Shown: in pieces, positions 25,761 through 38,488 of the stretch
How positions within the stretch are numbered: the first letter of the stretch is position 1
How the letters are laid out: every line of letters starts with the position of its first letter
Assembly: GCA_009914755.4 (NCBI GenBank)
Contig: CP068257.2
Coordinates: forward strand, 17,248,001 to 17,312,000
Length of the DNA stretch: 64,000 bases
Origin: the human T2T-CHM13v2.0 reference genome, Homo sapiens
Direction of reading: 5' to 3'
The notes under the pieces: model-generated
What the model was told of the DNA's origin: nothing
Seen by the model: the letters and a program-made list of their open reading frames with translations, nothing else
Database searches by the model: none
Position numbers and translations under genes: made by a program

Positions 25761-27448
25761 GAGTTCCAATGCAAAGTCCCACATCACTGCTCTTTCCCTC
25801 CCCTAAGTGCTCAGATTCTCTTTCTGTACCATACAACTTTGCTGGAAACCTGGTGAGGGGTGGTGTAAGCCGTTCAAGATGGTCTTTCCCAGCATCTTCT
25901 CGGCCTCTTTCCTTAATATGATGTTAAAACCAGGTACTGTGATCACTCACCTGATTTTTGGATCTTATAAAGTTTCTTATAAAGGTTTTTTTTGTGTGTA
26001 TGTGGATAGTTGTTCAATTTGGTATTCTTACAATGCAGACAGTTGTTGGAGGCTTCTGTTTGTCCATCCTGCTCTGCTTCCTCCCAACGTAAAAACATTT
26101 TAACGTCCAAAATTAGTTAACGGTAGTAAAGGAAAAACCCAAGACAAGTTAAATTTAACAGAGTTTATTTGAGCAGAAAAAAAAATGGTTCAGGAACAGT
26201 GTAGCACTCAGGATAAAAAGCAGTTCAGAGAGCTCTGTTCCGCAAGGAGTTCATGCACATGTACAGAAAGAGAAATGGAAATGACCTACAGAAATAGCCT
26301 GATTGCATTCAGTTTAGCTTTTGCCTTATTTGGGCATGTTGTGGTAGCTGTCAGCCTATGATTGGCTGAAGGTTTGGCTATTAAGAGTGGCTGAGAATAG
26401 GCTACTTGTTACAAGAGTATACACTCAGGTTAGGTTGCAGTTTGTTTACACATTAAGTTAGGTAATAATTCACTATGTATGGAGGTAGCTTTCCGCCAAA
26501 CAATAGTTAGTAGTAAATAACAATAGTAATAAGGAGCAATACTTAATATTGCCTTGTCTATTTCATGATTTGCTTAGAACCTGCTCTCAATCAAACAAAT
26601 TAAAGGCATTTTTCTCACTATGATTTGCATATTAAAACATTCTAAAAAATAAATGTTGGCATTTGGAAGCTGTTTGCAAGAAAAATTAGAATTTCAAATT
26701 TATATCTTTCTTACATTTCAAAGATGCGTAATAAAAGTTAGTTGTGAGCAGTTCCAATTTAGGTCTCTATTCTTCCTCTTCTCTCATCTTTTTTTTTTTT
26801 TATGATCAACTATATTCCTCCATTTTTTTCCCTCCATAAACTGAGAACAATTTCAAGTTTATTTTCTGCACCACACATTTCATTTTTCCTACAAATGTGA
26901 ATGTGGTAAATCTTAATTATGTTGTCTTTCTGAGTTCCTTACAATCTGTCCTAATCACATCCACCTCTATTTTTGTATCTGTAGAATTATCTTGTTGTTT
27001 TTCTCAGAAAGCCTAAGATTTTTTTAAAATTAAACTAAAGGAAAAATAGATAATTCTTTAAACCTTTTTTTCAAACATTTATATAATTGTCTTCCATTGT
27101 ATTTGCTATTTTTTTTCCTAGAGTTTGAGTTTGTTTGTTTTGTTTGTTTCCACTGGATGAAAGATGCAAGCTGGATTTGTGGACTGTCCTTGAATCTGCA
27201 ACCCCATTCCTGTGCCCCCGGGTTGCTGGGCTTCCTGACTCTGTATTGTAAACTTAAATGGTCAGTTCATAAATTCTCCCTGAGAGAAATGATAAGAAAT
27301 AAAATATGGAGATTTCCACAAGAGAGGTAGGGAGGTTAACCTATATGCTGATATTTTCTGTGGGCCTCATTATTTCTCTTTTTCTTTCTCTCCTTGTATA
27401 TACACATTATTTATATATGTTACATATATTATGCAATATATTATTCAT

Positions 27449-27480
27449 GTTGTGTGTGTGTGTATGTGTATATATATATG
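27449..27480. repeat. (TG)n / (TA)n compound microsatellite
   Basis: 'tgttgtgtgtgtgtgtatgtgtatatatatatg'. Confidence 0.9.
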
Positions 27481-27810
27481 TTCACTGCTCAATCCAGCTT
27501 AGTGCTCTTGCTTGAAAGATACATGTAATTTATGAAACATTATCTTAGCTTTACAAATCAGTATAATCATTAATTTAGTAGCATAATAACAATTGGAGAG
27601 ATCTGATTCCTGCCACTACAAGCTCCCTGCCCTCACTTAGGGCAAAGACTACCTCAGACATGGATGTACTTTGTGTCTAGGTGTACTCTGAGATATGCAA
27701 GCAGCTCAGCACAGAGTTTGGGATGCTCCAATTAAATGTAAAGGAGATTTTACTGTAGATAAAAGTTCTTGTTCTTCTTTACCTTATACTCACCCTATAC
27801 TTCTTTACCT

Positions 27811-28220
27811 TTTACTCACATAAAGGAAAAGAGAGGACTGGTTTCTTGTTCAACTACTATGGCAGTATTAGTTTGATGGAGTAATGTCGCTTGTAGAAGC
27901 TGTGTAGAAAAATATGTAGCACAATAAACATGCTACAAGGCTTGTTAATGTATGTGTGGAAAATGTTCATTCAGACTGTTTCTGGATGAACTGGTTGTTC
28001 TGCTGCAGAGCCTCATCCTTCCTCAGTCACAGCACATTTGGTGATGGCCTGGAAGGCTTCTTTAAACATTTTCCACACATACATTAACAAGCCTTGTAGC
28101 ATGTTTATTGTGCTACGTATTTTTCTACACAGCTTCTACAAGTGACATTACTCCATCCAACCTCTACTGCCACAGTAGTTGAACAGGTAACCAGTCCTCT
28201 CTTTTCCCTTATGTGAGTGA
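27811..28220. repeat. Large inverted repeat: two arms of ~155 bp (27811-27966 and 28064-28220) at ~93% identity, separated by a ~97-bp spacer
   Basis: The reverse complement of 27816-27966 ('tcacataaaggaaaagagaggactggtttcttgttcaactactatggcagtattagtttgatggagtaatgtcgcttgtagaagctgtgtagaaaaatatgtagcacaataaacatgctacaaggcttgttaatgtatgtgtggaaaatgtt') aligns to 28064-28216 with ~10 mismatches in 153 and no gaps. Confidence 0.9.
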
Positions 28221-31200
28221 AAGTATTATTTCTCAAAGGCAAAGTCTTGCTATATATACAAACAATACATAATAAAATGATAATATTTTAGCATTTTAGT
28301 TGTCTGCATCTGTATTTACATGTACAATGACACCACAGTTTCGTTTTTTATTTCTCCCAGGAAAAATACGAGGTTATTTTATAATTTTTCTGTTAAAAAA
28401 GATTCCATTTTGAAAGTATTTCCAAAATAAGGGAATCTGTCCTGAAGATAAACTGTTGAGATTGAAAATCCGAATGACTAACAACTTTAAAAAAAAATTC
28501 TGCTAAAAAAGTAACATGTCATATCACAACCTCTACCTACATGCCCATCGTATCCATATATCTGTCTGTCTTCCCTCTGGCTTCAGTGACACATGTCACA
28601 CGTGTCTCTCAGGGAAGGAGGTGGTGGCTGTGGAGATGGGGGCAGCATTCTTTCTTGTTTTTGCTGTCTAGCCTGACTTCTCTTGTGGACACATTATGGC
28701 TATGCATTGCCACTGGCTGGGCTTCTGCCTACTGCATCAAGGAGGAGCCTCTACTGGTTATAACTGCAAGGACAATCAGAGAGGTGCTACGTTGGAATTC
28801 CACGGGTATACAGTCATAAATTGCAATTTAAATAAAAGCGTTTCAGTGCCTACAAGACCCAGGCTCCAAATTGAGGGCTTTGGGGTGATGGGGATCTTCT
28901 TCTGCTTGTTTCTTTTTTACTTAAACCACATTGGAAGGTAAGAATTTTCAGGAGGAAAAACATTGTCTTACTTCCGTGTTGCCCACCTGCTCTGTATTTT
29001 AGCTGAACTTCCTAACCATGGTGTGTGGAAGGTACCATCCGTGATTTGGGGCTGGACTTGGTTTTCTGATGCCCTTTATAGGTCTAGAGATTTCAGTGTG
29101 ACCCAGATGTCAGGGCAAGGATGGGGAAGTACTTTGTCTGGAATAACTTCATGAGTGGCTGCAGAAAACAGCCTACAAAGGAGTGCTCCAAACCATCCAA
29201 AGATCGGGCCGTTTGAGATTCCAAAGAAGCACAAAACACCTGGTTGACCAGACCAAAGCATTTATTACACAGTCTGCAGCAATCCTCTAGAAGACAGCGA
29301 GAGAAATGCACGTTCTACCTAAATACAGCTCTAGTGAGGGAGGTCCAGTTATGGCATATTCAGGAAGGTTTAAGAAATTTGGCTCAGGGCCAAGGCCAGT
29401 TTCTTTCAGTGCTTTGGGCAAAAACCTAGATAACTTTATCAGTGCCTGGGAATGTTTGAGATCTCGGTTTTGTTTGAAGCTTACTGGGAAAAATCTAAAG
29501 TTGGCTGGGTCACAGAGCTGTCAAAGCATTCTGTGATTTTGCATCAGGAGAAAGAAAAAAGACAGGGGAAACTGGGAGACCCTGCCAAGAAACTAGACAC
29601 ACGTGTTCGCATTGCTTGCAGGCAGTCTTCTAGATTGGAATGAATCTTTTTTGATATTAGCTAAAAAGCCGGTAATCATTCACTTTCAATTATAGTAAAG
29701 AAAGTTGACTGAGGTAATACTGCAATGGTTCCAAGTTAAGCCGAACATATTATAACATCTTGTGCAGTTGACTTGGTGCTTGATCCTTAGTTTCTTCATC
29801 TGTAAAAGGGATAGGATAATAACAGTATAAGTCTCAATGGGCTCTTGCAAAAATGGAAAACAAAGCAAAACATATCGATAGTATAAAAAATACGAACAGG
29901 TCTGGCATACATTAAATTTATATATTCTTTTTCTTCCTCTACCCTACTTTTTCATTATTATCATTACAATTATAAACAAAATAAAACCCTAAGTCTTGCA
30001 ACCGAATAAGCAGACCCCATCTTGGCCAAAGGGATCCCAAAGAAACCTTAAAAATTAATTCCTAGTCATGATGGGATGGAAGGTCAGATAGGCCTCACCC
30101 ACATTATACCCACTCCCTTTTCCAGACATTGACCGGCATTTGTGTTAAAATAGAGATCGTTAGACTGACAGAATGGACTCTTTGTGTCAATAAGATGCCA
30201 AATTATAAATAAGACCTAAGACCATGCCAGGCAAGGGTAAAGTCACACACCCTTACACTTAAAGAATAAACTATGTACTAACTGCCATAGGTTTTTGTTT
30301 TGTTTTGTTTCTCTGGTAGCTAGGCAAGCACTGGCCTAAGACAAGCAATATTAAAACAATTTGCAGCCCAGCCACCACCAGACATAGACCCGCAGCCTGT
30401 GTTCTGCAAGCCATAACTGCAGCTTTGATTGGACAAGAGACTGGTATCAGTCACTTTCTCGTGATAAGACCACTAACTATGGACTGATTCCAGCCAGTTT
30501 ACAGAGGGTGCACACTTGAGCCCCTTTGTATCCTGAAAAGACCTTTTATATGGATAGGGGCTAATTGTATACCTTTAAATGATAAGTCTTGGGTGAACAT
30601 GGGTGTTATGTAACCTGCATGTTTATTCAGTACACATGTGTTAGGACCACCTTCATGAATATTCATAGCTGCTCCTATAATCTGTTGAATATATATGTTT
30701 AGCCAGCCCATTTCGCATAAAGCTACCTCCCCAATGCCTCCTCCTTCAAAGTGTCTGCTGACAGCTAAAGGCCACACTTCCCAACCTGTCAGGAGGGCCA
30801 CCTTGTAGGTGGTAAACCTTTATATAAAATAAAATCTTCTTTCCAAATTTATAAATTGTCTGAATTTTTTTAAGTTAGCACATGTGTGAGTACTATAATT
30901 ATCAATGGCTTGAGCACTTAGATGAGTGAGGCCACTCAAACTGAATTCAGAATTCAAACTACTTCACTATTCTAATCTCATAGCAGTTATATAATTCCAG
31001 ATTAAACAGAGGAAAAGCGTTAATACCATCTATATTTTAGTATTTTTGATGTACTAGTCCACTGTGTATCAGTCTTTTTAAATTAATTCACTCCAGTCTT
31101 CCCAGCCTTCTCTAAAGAAAAGACAAAGTGGACAAATGGTAAGATTGAGGCTTAGCAGGGGGTCAGTAGCGGGTGCTTGTGCTGGTTCAGATCATACTCC

Positions 31201-32454
31201 TGGATTTGAACCCAGCTCTACTACTTATTTTCTATGTAAATTTGGGCAAGTAACTAAAAATCTATATGGCTCGATCATCTTTTATAAGTCAGAGAATAAT
31301 AGCCCATACCTTAATGAGTTACAGGAAAATTTAACAAGGTAATCATTAATCACTGAACCTAGAGGCTGGCACATGAATTTAGTTTAACAAATGGCTGTTA
31401 TTCTTTCATTAGGAATATTATTAGTGATTAAAATTTTGAATAAATCAGGGCTTTAAGCTTATGCTGCCACTTAACAATCCTTTTAAAATTTCTCGTAATT
31501 TCTCTAGTCTCTGTTAGCCATGAGGTTTGCCCCAGATTTTCACCCAGGGACAGGGGAAGATGACCACTCCCATCCCTTCCAGCCAGAATAAGTTTTAAAG
31601 GAATGATGAGAGGCCAAGATAAAATTGTGTGTGAAAAACATCTTGTTAATCAACTAACCTAGAAATTATTTATATGAACCTTAATATGCGTGTGTGTGTG
31701 CATGAATATAATGTAAAAACTGTACATATCTTAATTTTTTCTACATAAGTTGAAACATTAAAGCAATGAATTACTTTCAGGGTTAAATTACAAGTATATC
31801 CCAGATTCATCTTATATATATAGTTGTTTAATCACATTACAAGTTATTCTAAATAATTTATTGAGTTTTTAAAGATTCAACTAGTTAGAACGTGCAAATC
31901 AGCCAGGTTACTTTCCGGAAGACATTATGAAATCACTAATATATGGATGTGCCAATTGTTCATACTTTGAGATTTAACATTCAATACCATTTTCTAGAGG
32001 CTTTAGATGTGGTTGAAAATAAAATATAAATTCAGAAGGAAAATAACTGTTTGAGTGGATACCTTCCTTCTTAGAAAGATTGTGTCCAGTGGTGCTACTT
32101 TTTTATGGGAAAGGTGCTTTATATCATCCTTGCCCTCCAAATAGAGAGAGAGAAAGAGCAAATATTTTTAGTAAATCAATAGCTTCCAAACTTCCAGCAC
32201 ATCAACTGAGTCCTAAGTAGTATTCGATTTTATACAAGTATTCAAAGAAAGGTTTATTATAAAAGTATAACTATTTATAATTCTATATGTTCTACTAAAA
32301 ATGCAACCTTCATATTCCTACTTCTCAGAGGTGTACTAAAAATGTAAAAACTAATTGTGTTGTGATCAGTTACATAAATGTAATATTGCAATGGAAAAGC
32401 ACCAGTATATCATTATATTTGAAATATGACAAAATATTTAAGAGGTTATATTTG

Positions 32455-32810
32455 TTTGCCAGGGCTGCCGTAACAAAATAACTAGGTGGATTAAAAAATG
32501 GAATTTTTTTTTTTATTGTTCTGGAGGCTAGCAGTCCGAGATCAAGGTGTCAGCAGGGCTGGTTTCTTCTAAAGCTCTCTCCTTGACTTATAGATGGCTG
32601 TCTTCATGTTCATGCTATACACATATGTGTCTGTGTCCTAAATTCCTCATATTAAAACAGGGCCCACCTAATGACCTCATTTTAAGTTAATTATCTATTT
32701 AAAAGATGTATCTCCAAGTACATATTCTGAGGTGCCGGGTGTTAGAACTTCAATATATGAAACTTCAGAGGAACACAGTTCAGCCCATAACAGAGTCAAG
32801 AGAAGTTACG
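32455..32810 (+). mobile_element. Second copy of the ancient repeat family seen at 1993-2340 ('..gctgccgtaacaaaataac..ttctggaggctagcagtccgagatcaaggtgtcagcagggctggtttcttct..cctcattttaagttaatta..ttcaatatatgaaacttcagaggaacacagttcagcccataacag')
   Basis: Shared core with 1993-2340 and with the widely distributed mammalian consensus recalled from memory; the family name is uncertain. Confidence 0.5.
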
Positions 32811-34715
32811 CCTTATGAGGAAATGTGTACTATCTGGAGTATGCAATTGCCTTTTCCAGCTTCTAGAGGCAGCTTGCATTCCTTGGCTTCTGGTCCCTTC
32901 CATCTTAGTGCCAGCAGCAGCAGTGTTCTCCCTGACATAGCATCACTCTGACACTGACTTGTTTGCCTCTGTCCTCCAGATTTAAGGACCCTTGTGGTTA
33001 CACTTAGCCTCCCTGCATAATTTAGAATAATTTTCCTAGTTTAACATCAGCTGATTAGCAGCCTTAATTCCATCTGCTACCTTAATTCCCCTTTATCATG
33101 TAATATAACCTAGTCACAGGTGTCTGGGAATAGAACATAGACATCTTTGGGAGAAGAGAAATTACTCTGACTATCACACTTACTAACTGAAATAATAAAA
33201 ATCAGTCTTCTGTATTGAGATTTAGAGCCATCCAGGACCCCAGTCTCTGACAAATATTTTTGCTTTGGGGCTTGGAATAAGAATATTAATGACACAAGCT
33301 TCATAAAAATCTATTCTTAAAAGAAGATTATCTTAAAGGTTACTCCATCAAAATGATGAATCAAATCGTATAACTAATTTCAAACTGATATATAGCTTCC
33401 ATTTGAATTCCCATCAAAAGTAGGCACTTAAGTAACCCTTGATCAGGCAGTTTATGTGGTAGATATTGCTAGGAAGTACAAGCAAGGCACATGGGATTGT
33501 GATACGTGAAAAAAGGAAAGTAATAACAGGTTCATTAACTAATAGCAATATTAAAAGCAACTAGGGCTCACTCATGCTGTGAGCCTTTTGCAAACTATGT
33601 AACCCACATCGGAATGTTTTCTTAAGAAGCCAGGGAAGCTGCCTGTTTTCTTCTGACTCTTGTCTTTTATTGTTTGACTATTGACCCTAGGAGACTGAAC
33701 AAAATCACAATTCCAGGTTGCACCTGAGTATGGCAAAGTGTGGTTTTGTCATGCTTGAGAAAGGCCTCAGTCAGAGGAGCAGAGAGATATACAGGTAATT
33801 AATGTAGGAAGCTGTTGGCATGCAGGAAACTGTGTGCAAAAGTTGCAAGTGAATCCAGAAGTGTTCTCGGCAGATATGCGTGAGCAACTCTACGACTCAC
33901 TTCTTGTTCATTTTAATCTGTACATGTCCTATACCAATCACACTCTGTTACTTCAGAGTAATTGCCACAATTTCTATGAAAGCCGTAAAATGAAAGCTTA
34001 GTGAAACCAGCTACAGTCTGTGTTGTTCTGGCTGATTCTGATGCCATAATAAATGTACATCATTCTCCCTCTCTACCTCCCATTCTATATTCCCAGATCC
34101 TTGACTAGCAGTTCTGAACACCTTGCCTGTACCCAAGCCCTGCTTATAATGCTGGGACTGCAATTGCTCTTTGCTGCTATCATCAGGCATGGACACACTA
34201 TGAAGCACTGAAGTGAGGGTCTCATATTCAGATCTACTGCTTCTTGCCCCTCAGTAGGTTGTGACAACTTTAGCCCTATGTAATAATTACTGCTGAGAAC
34301 CTAGTAGCTCCTTTATTTGGCTTGATATTTTTGATATACATGAGGGCCAAAATTGCTAGATGGCAGTCATGGTTTTAGGATAAGAAATATTCTGATTTTA
34401 TGGATGGTCATAGAGTCTTTTATCTACAATCCACCCCACACAGGGACCATGACATTTAACCCTTCAGAGACTAAAATTGCAAGGTTAGGTGGCCTAAACT
34501 TCTCCAAAGGGTCAAGAATGATAATGAATACTGTTAATGCTACCTTCACCCTTTCTTTCATTTTGCGTTTTAGCTACTGGGGACATGTGATGTATACTCC
34601 ATTCCAGAGGACAGATTGGCAGCCCTACAAAGTGCCATCTCCAGGCTGACATCCTAGCTAAAAAGTCATTCCACATTCTATCAATTAGGCCACTAACTTT
34701 TGGGTGATATGTAAA

Positions 34716-34752
34716 GATATAGATATAGATATAGATATAGATATAGATATAT
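34716..34752. repeat. (GATATA)6 hexanucleotide microsatellite
   Basis: 'gatatagatatagatatagatatagatatagatatat'. Confidence 0.95.
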
Positions 34753-35849
34753 TGGTTATAATGGTTTCACTTTTTATGCATCCAGTGTCAAAATTATTAG
34801 CTACAAAAGGATCCTTTGGTCCAAAGGGAAGTTTTGCAGAATTCCAGCCACTCAGAAAGCCCTGGCAGAGGCATCGTGGGCAGAAGAGGCAAAACCACAT
34901 GCAATATACGTATGAATCACAAAAAGATGAGTTATTGCCTTCTCCAGGATGAAAGGGGTTTTAAGTAATTAACTAGACATCAAGTGGATGGTCTCTTCAA
35001 AGAATGGTACCATATTGAGAGTTGGGGCAGTCTCCAATACTGGACAGGTCAGATATTCAGCAGTGGGAATAATTTTATCAGTCTCGATGTAAGAAGAAGC
35101 ACATGAGGGGATGCAATGCTAGTACAGTCATTCATAACCTCCAAACCAGCCACCAAGGGTTCACTGTAGGAGGATAGGGTGGCTGAGGACAAATGCTGGC
35201 TGGTGTACTTTTAATGCACCATTATTTCCATTTGGTTTTTGGTGGCTCTGTGCAGTAGTTACTCTTTGGTGGGTGGTGATAGGATACACCAAGATCCGAG
35301 TGCTTTTGGTGCCTTCCCCTGGTCCATTCTCATTCCACTTTCACAGACATTATTGTTTTCAAACTTGCTCCTCTCAGGTACTTGGTTATTCAGCCATGTC
35401 ATGGCCAGTACCCATTCATAACTCAGAAAAACAACTAGAAATTGATAGGTTGGGTCTAGGAAGATTCACGTGTATTTATGTTCTTTAGTTAGTAGAGAAC
35501 AATGAGTAATTTTCTTTTTTGAATGTAGATAATAACTTGGAAACATCTACTTTTCCCCATTGGCTATTAAAGAGATATTTATTAGAATAGTTGAAGCCCA
35601 AAGCCTCACACTAGAAAACTACTAAGGTAAAATACATGAATTTACATAATATGTACTCTACAAATAATATTAACTCTAATTATTTTAAGAAAAAGTATAT
35701 GAGAAAAGGATTGGGAAGCCCTGTTACACAAATATGAAATATGCATAACCTAAGCACAAAACATTGATTCCCATTAAATTAAAACAACTATCTAAACATA
35801 TATGTAATTTCCATTTAGATAAAATGTACAGAACAGGCAAAACCATAAA

Positions 35850-36095
35850 GGCAGAAAGTAGACTAGTGGTTGCCTAGGAATGGGGCTGCATGGAGTGGTG
35901 TGAGAAGTGGGGAGTGTAACAGGGAATCATTGCTAATGAATGCATGCAAGGTTTATTTTGGGAAACAGTTCATGTTAATGCTCATACAACTTTGTAAATA
36001 TAGTAAGAACCATTGCATTTTATGCTTTAAGTGGAGGGATTTTATACATGTAAATTATATCCCAAAAAGGCTGTTAAAAATGAAAGTAGAGTAAC
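35850..36095 (+). mobile_element. L1MA/L1MB-type L1 3'-end fragment (+)
   Basis: 'aaggcagaaagtagactagtggttgcctaggaatgggg...gggaatcattgctaatgaatgcatgcaaggtttattttgggaaacagttcatgttaatgctcatacaactttgtaaatatagtaagaaccattgcattttatgctttaagtggagggattttatacatgtaaattatatcccaaaaagg' follows the L1MA/MB 3'UTR consensus. Confidence 0.65.
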
Positions 36096-38393
36096 CAAAT
36101 ATGTGTCCCATAATATGAAAGGCTCAATTATTAAATACCTCCCTTTTACAACGGAGGTGGGAAGGGGATAGAGCATGACATATTGGGATATACCTGGTTT
36201 TCTTTGCTCCTGCTTATAATACTGAGAGGGCATTAGGGCCAGACCTGATATTTGATGGAAAGGCTAAGCATGTTCCATTAGGATGTTAACATAGGTTGTT
36301 AATTTTAGGAGATTAAGTGTTACACTTCTTGCTTTGTTAGATAAATTGAACCACAGCAAATTTTACAAACATAATTTGTCCATATTTTCATAATAAACTC
36401 TATGTAAACATCAGTTTTCTTGTTCCTTTAAAAACAAAATAATTCATATCAAACTGTCTTGAATAAGAAAGGCAAACCAGTCACAAGTCCACAATATTAA
36501 AGCAAAAGTAAAGTGATGAATTTTCTGCTTAATTTTCAAGTTCAGGATCTTCAAAAGTTAGTTTCTAAAGGGTACAGCAATGCTGTTTGTGTCAAATAAC
36601 TAGCTCATCAGCTGAATAGTCCACACCAACTTTCCAACAAAACACACATCACCTATACTCAATTTGTGGCATCCAGTGTGAAATGATGTTAAATCTTTGC
36701 AGAAAGTTTTCTCTGATCTTTGTCAAAATCCAGATATGTTTATTCTCTTAATTAAAGTATCTAATTATATCCAAAAATATCAGACTTCATCATCTGATGG
36801 TAAATCCTTGTCATGAAATATCTTATTCTTTTCTTCATTATACATGGTTTCTTTTCTTTGTTTTATTTTGTTTTGCATATGCTTCTATGTCCAGTCAATA
36901 TTAGTTTCTCTATTTTGTAATCCTTTCTAGTTTAGGACCATTGTCATGGCTGACAGCTTTGAGCTTAATGCATTTCAGTCTTCGCTTCTGCAACTGTTCC
37001 CGGAAAAGTCAGAGAACATCCAAGTATTGCCAAATCCTTTGTTCACTCTAAATTTATTTTTCACAGACATAATGTCACTGAAATCTGAGTTAAATAAATC
37101 AGCTTTCATGAATTACACTTTTATTAATCAATTACTCCAACCTGGCAATTGTTGCAGCAGAAACTTCAACAAGAAGAGCAACTCCCAGAATATTAAAAAT
37201 GATATTTTTTGAGTCATTTTGGGCCCTTGATCAATACTACTTGGTCTGTAATTTTTCATTGAAAGGTAGATATTTTATATTATTTATAGTTTATGCCAAG
37301 TGACTTAACATATTTGTTATGCGTTGACTATTTTTCAGTGTCAGAAATAATTTCAAGAAAGAAGGATAAATTTTAGTAAAAAGTATGTATGTGCAAATAT
37401 GTCACATAAAAGACATAAGAAAAATACTACTTAGATGTAGAGGTAGATGTGTTAAATTCTAATAATTTTGGAGAAATCCAAGAACACTTTATAAAAGATA
37501 CAGAATCGTATTATTTCTTCAATGTAAGCAGCATTCCAGCTGTAAGAACAATAATGAGCAAAAACATACAGGCAAAAATACTCAGAGAATGATGAATACA
37601 GCCAATAGCAAAACCATATCCTTCCTTTGTACTTGTAATCTGATTTCAGATTAAAAATATGTATGTTGAGCTCAGTTTGTAGAGTTGTTTAACCTCAGTT
37701 TGTAGGAATCCTCATGCAAGACTGCTCAAAACATAAAATCTTTGATTGAGAACACTCCTTCAGTCTGGCTGTCTTTTTCAGAGCCACGCTGCAATCTGAG
37801 GCTCTTCCTATTCAATCTTCCTCCTTTCTTTCTCTCCTTTCCAAGGTGACTGAAGGCTCACCACATCTGTTCCTGTTTCTTAACTCTTTCATCCTTCACA
37901 CGTATTTACTGTAATAAACCTGGTACATGTCTAATTCAATCTTCATGATTGCTTCGAAGGGTGACCAAACTGACATAGCACGCCCCTAGTCTTCCTTTCC
38001 AATTTCCCTTAACACTGACCTTTTCCCAGTCGTCCCAGGCAACTGAATGCCTCTTTGTCTTGTTAACTGCTATTTCTTCTGCCTGAGATTCCATTTTTAC
38101 ATTCTGGTAGTTTTAGTCAAAGTATATTCATCTTGATTGTGATTTTTGTGATAACATAATTCAACAAGACATTCTCTCACCTTTTTACCAAAATATGTAA
38201 ACCTCAGAGAGTTATCTATAAAAGTCTGTATTCCTTAATGGTACAAATTTAGAAATGGAAACTGTAAGTTATATCACTTTGGGCTTGAACATTTTTATAT
38301 GAATCAGTATACATGACCTTTTGGGGATGAAGACTGTTATTAGTAATAACTAGCGTGTGAAAGGCATGGACTTAAAATATATTTATGTAAGTT

Positions 38394-38488
38394 CTTCCTC
38401 CCTCCCTCCCTCTCTTTTTTCCTTCCTTCCTCCCTCCCTCCCTCCTTCCTTTCCTTTCTCCCTCCCTCCCTCCCCTCCTTCCTTGCTT
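38394..38488. repeat. Polypyrimidine (TCCC)n / (CTTC)n tract of ~95 bp; the complementary strand is (GGGA)n
   Basis: 'cctccctccctccctctcttttttccttccttcctccctccctccctccttcctttcctttctccctccctccctcccctccttccttgc'. Confidence 0.95.

Larger units (their letters stand above)
22660..26100 (-). mobile_element. 5' portion of a primate L1 (L1PA-old/L1PB-like) on the minus strand: start of ORF2, ORF1 (disabled), and a long 5'UTR containing tandem ~310-370-bp units. The 3' part of the element is absent and is replaced by the Alu/THE1 fragments to the left. The 5' boundary is uncertain (26100-26500)
   Basis: Minus-strand ORFs 23673-23873 and 23179-23673 translate to L1 ORF1p N-terminal coiled-coil and C-terminal RNA-binding regions; the + strand between 22660 and 23170 reads as L1 antisense ('ggtgattttctctggtggtatgttttaatttc...ttgaaggactccctttagcttgccttgtagtacaggtctagcattgatgaa'). 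Confidence 0.8.

Noticed and set aside
28583-28604. 'gtgacacatgtcacacgtgtctc' double palindrome (ACATGT + CACGTG E-box)
   Set aside because: Short palindromes of this size occur by chance many times in 64 kb; kept only as context in the finding for 28540-29650.
30000-30830. Possible LTR/ERV-like fragment (TATA-like 'ctttatataaaataaaatc', moderately GC-richer, 100-aa minus-strand ORF 30499-30801)
   Set aside because: I could not find the TG...CA ends, TSDs, or any consensus I recognise. The ORF has no retroviral motif. Left unannotated rather than guessed.
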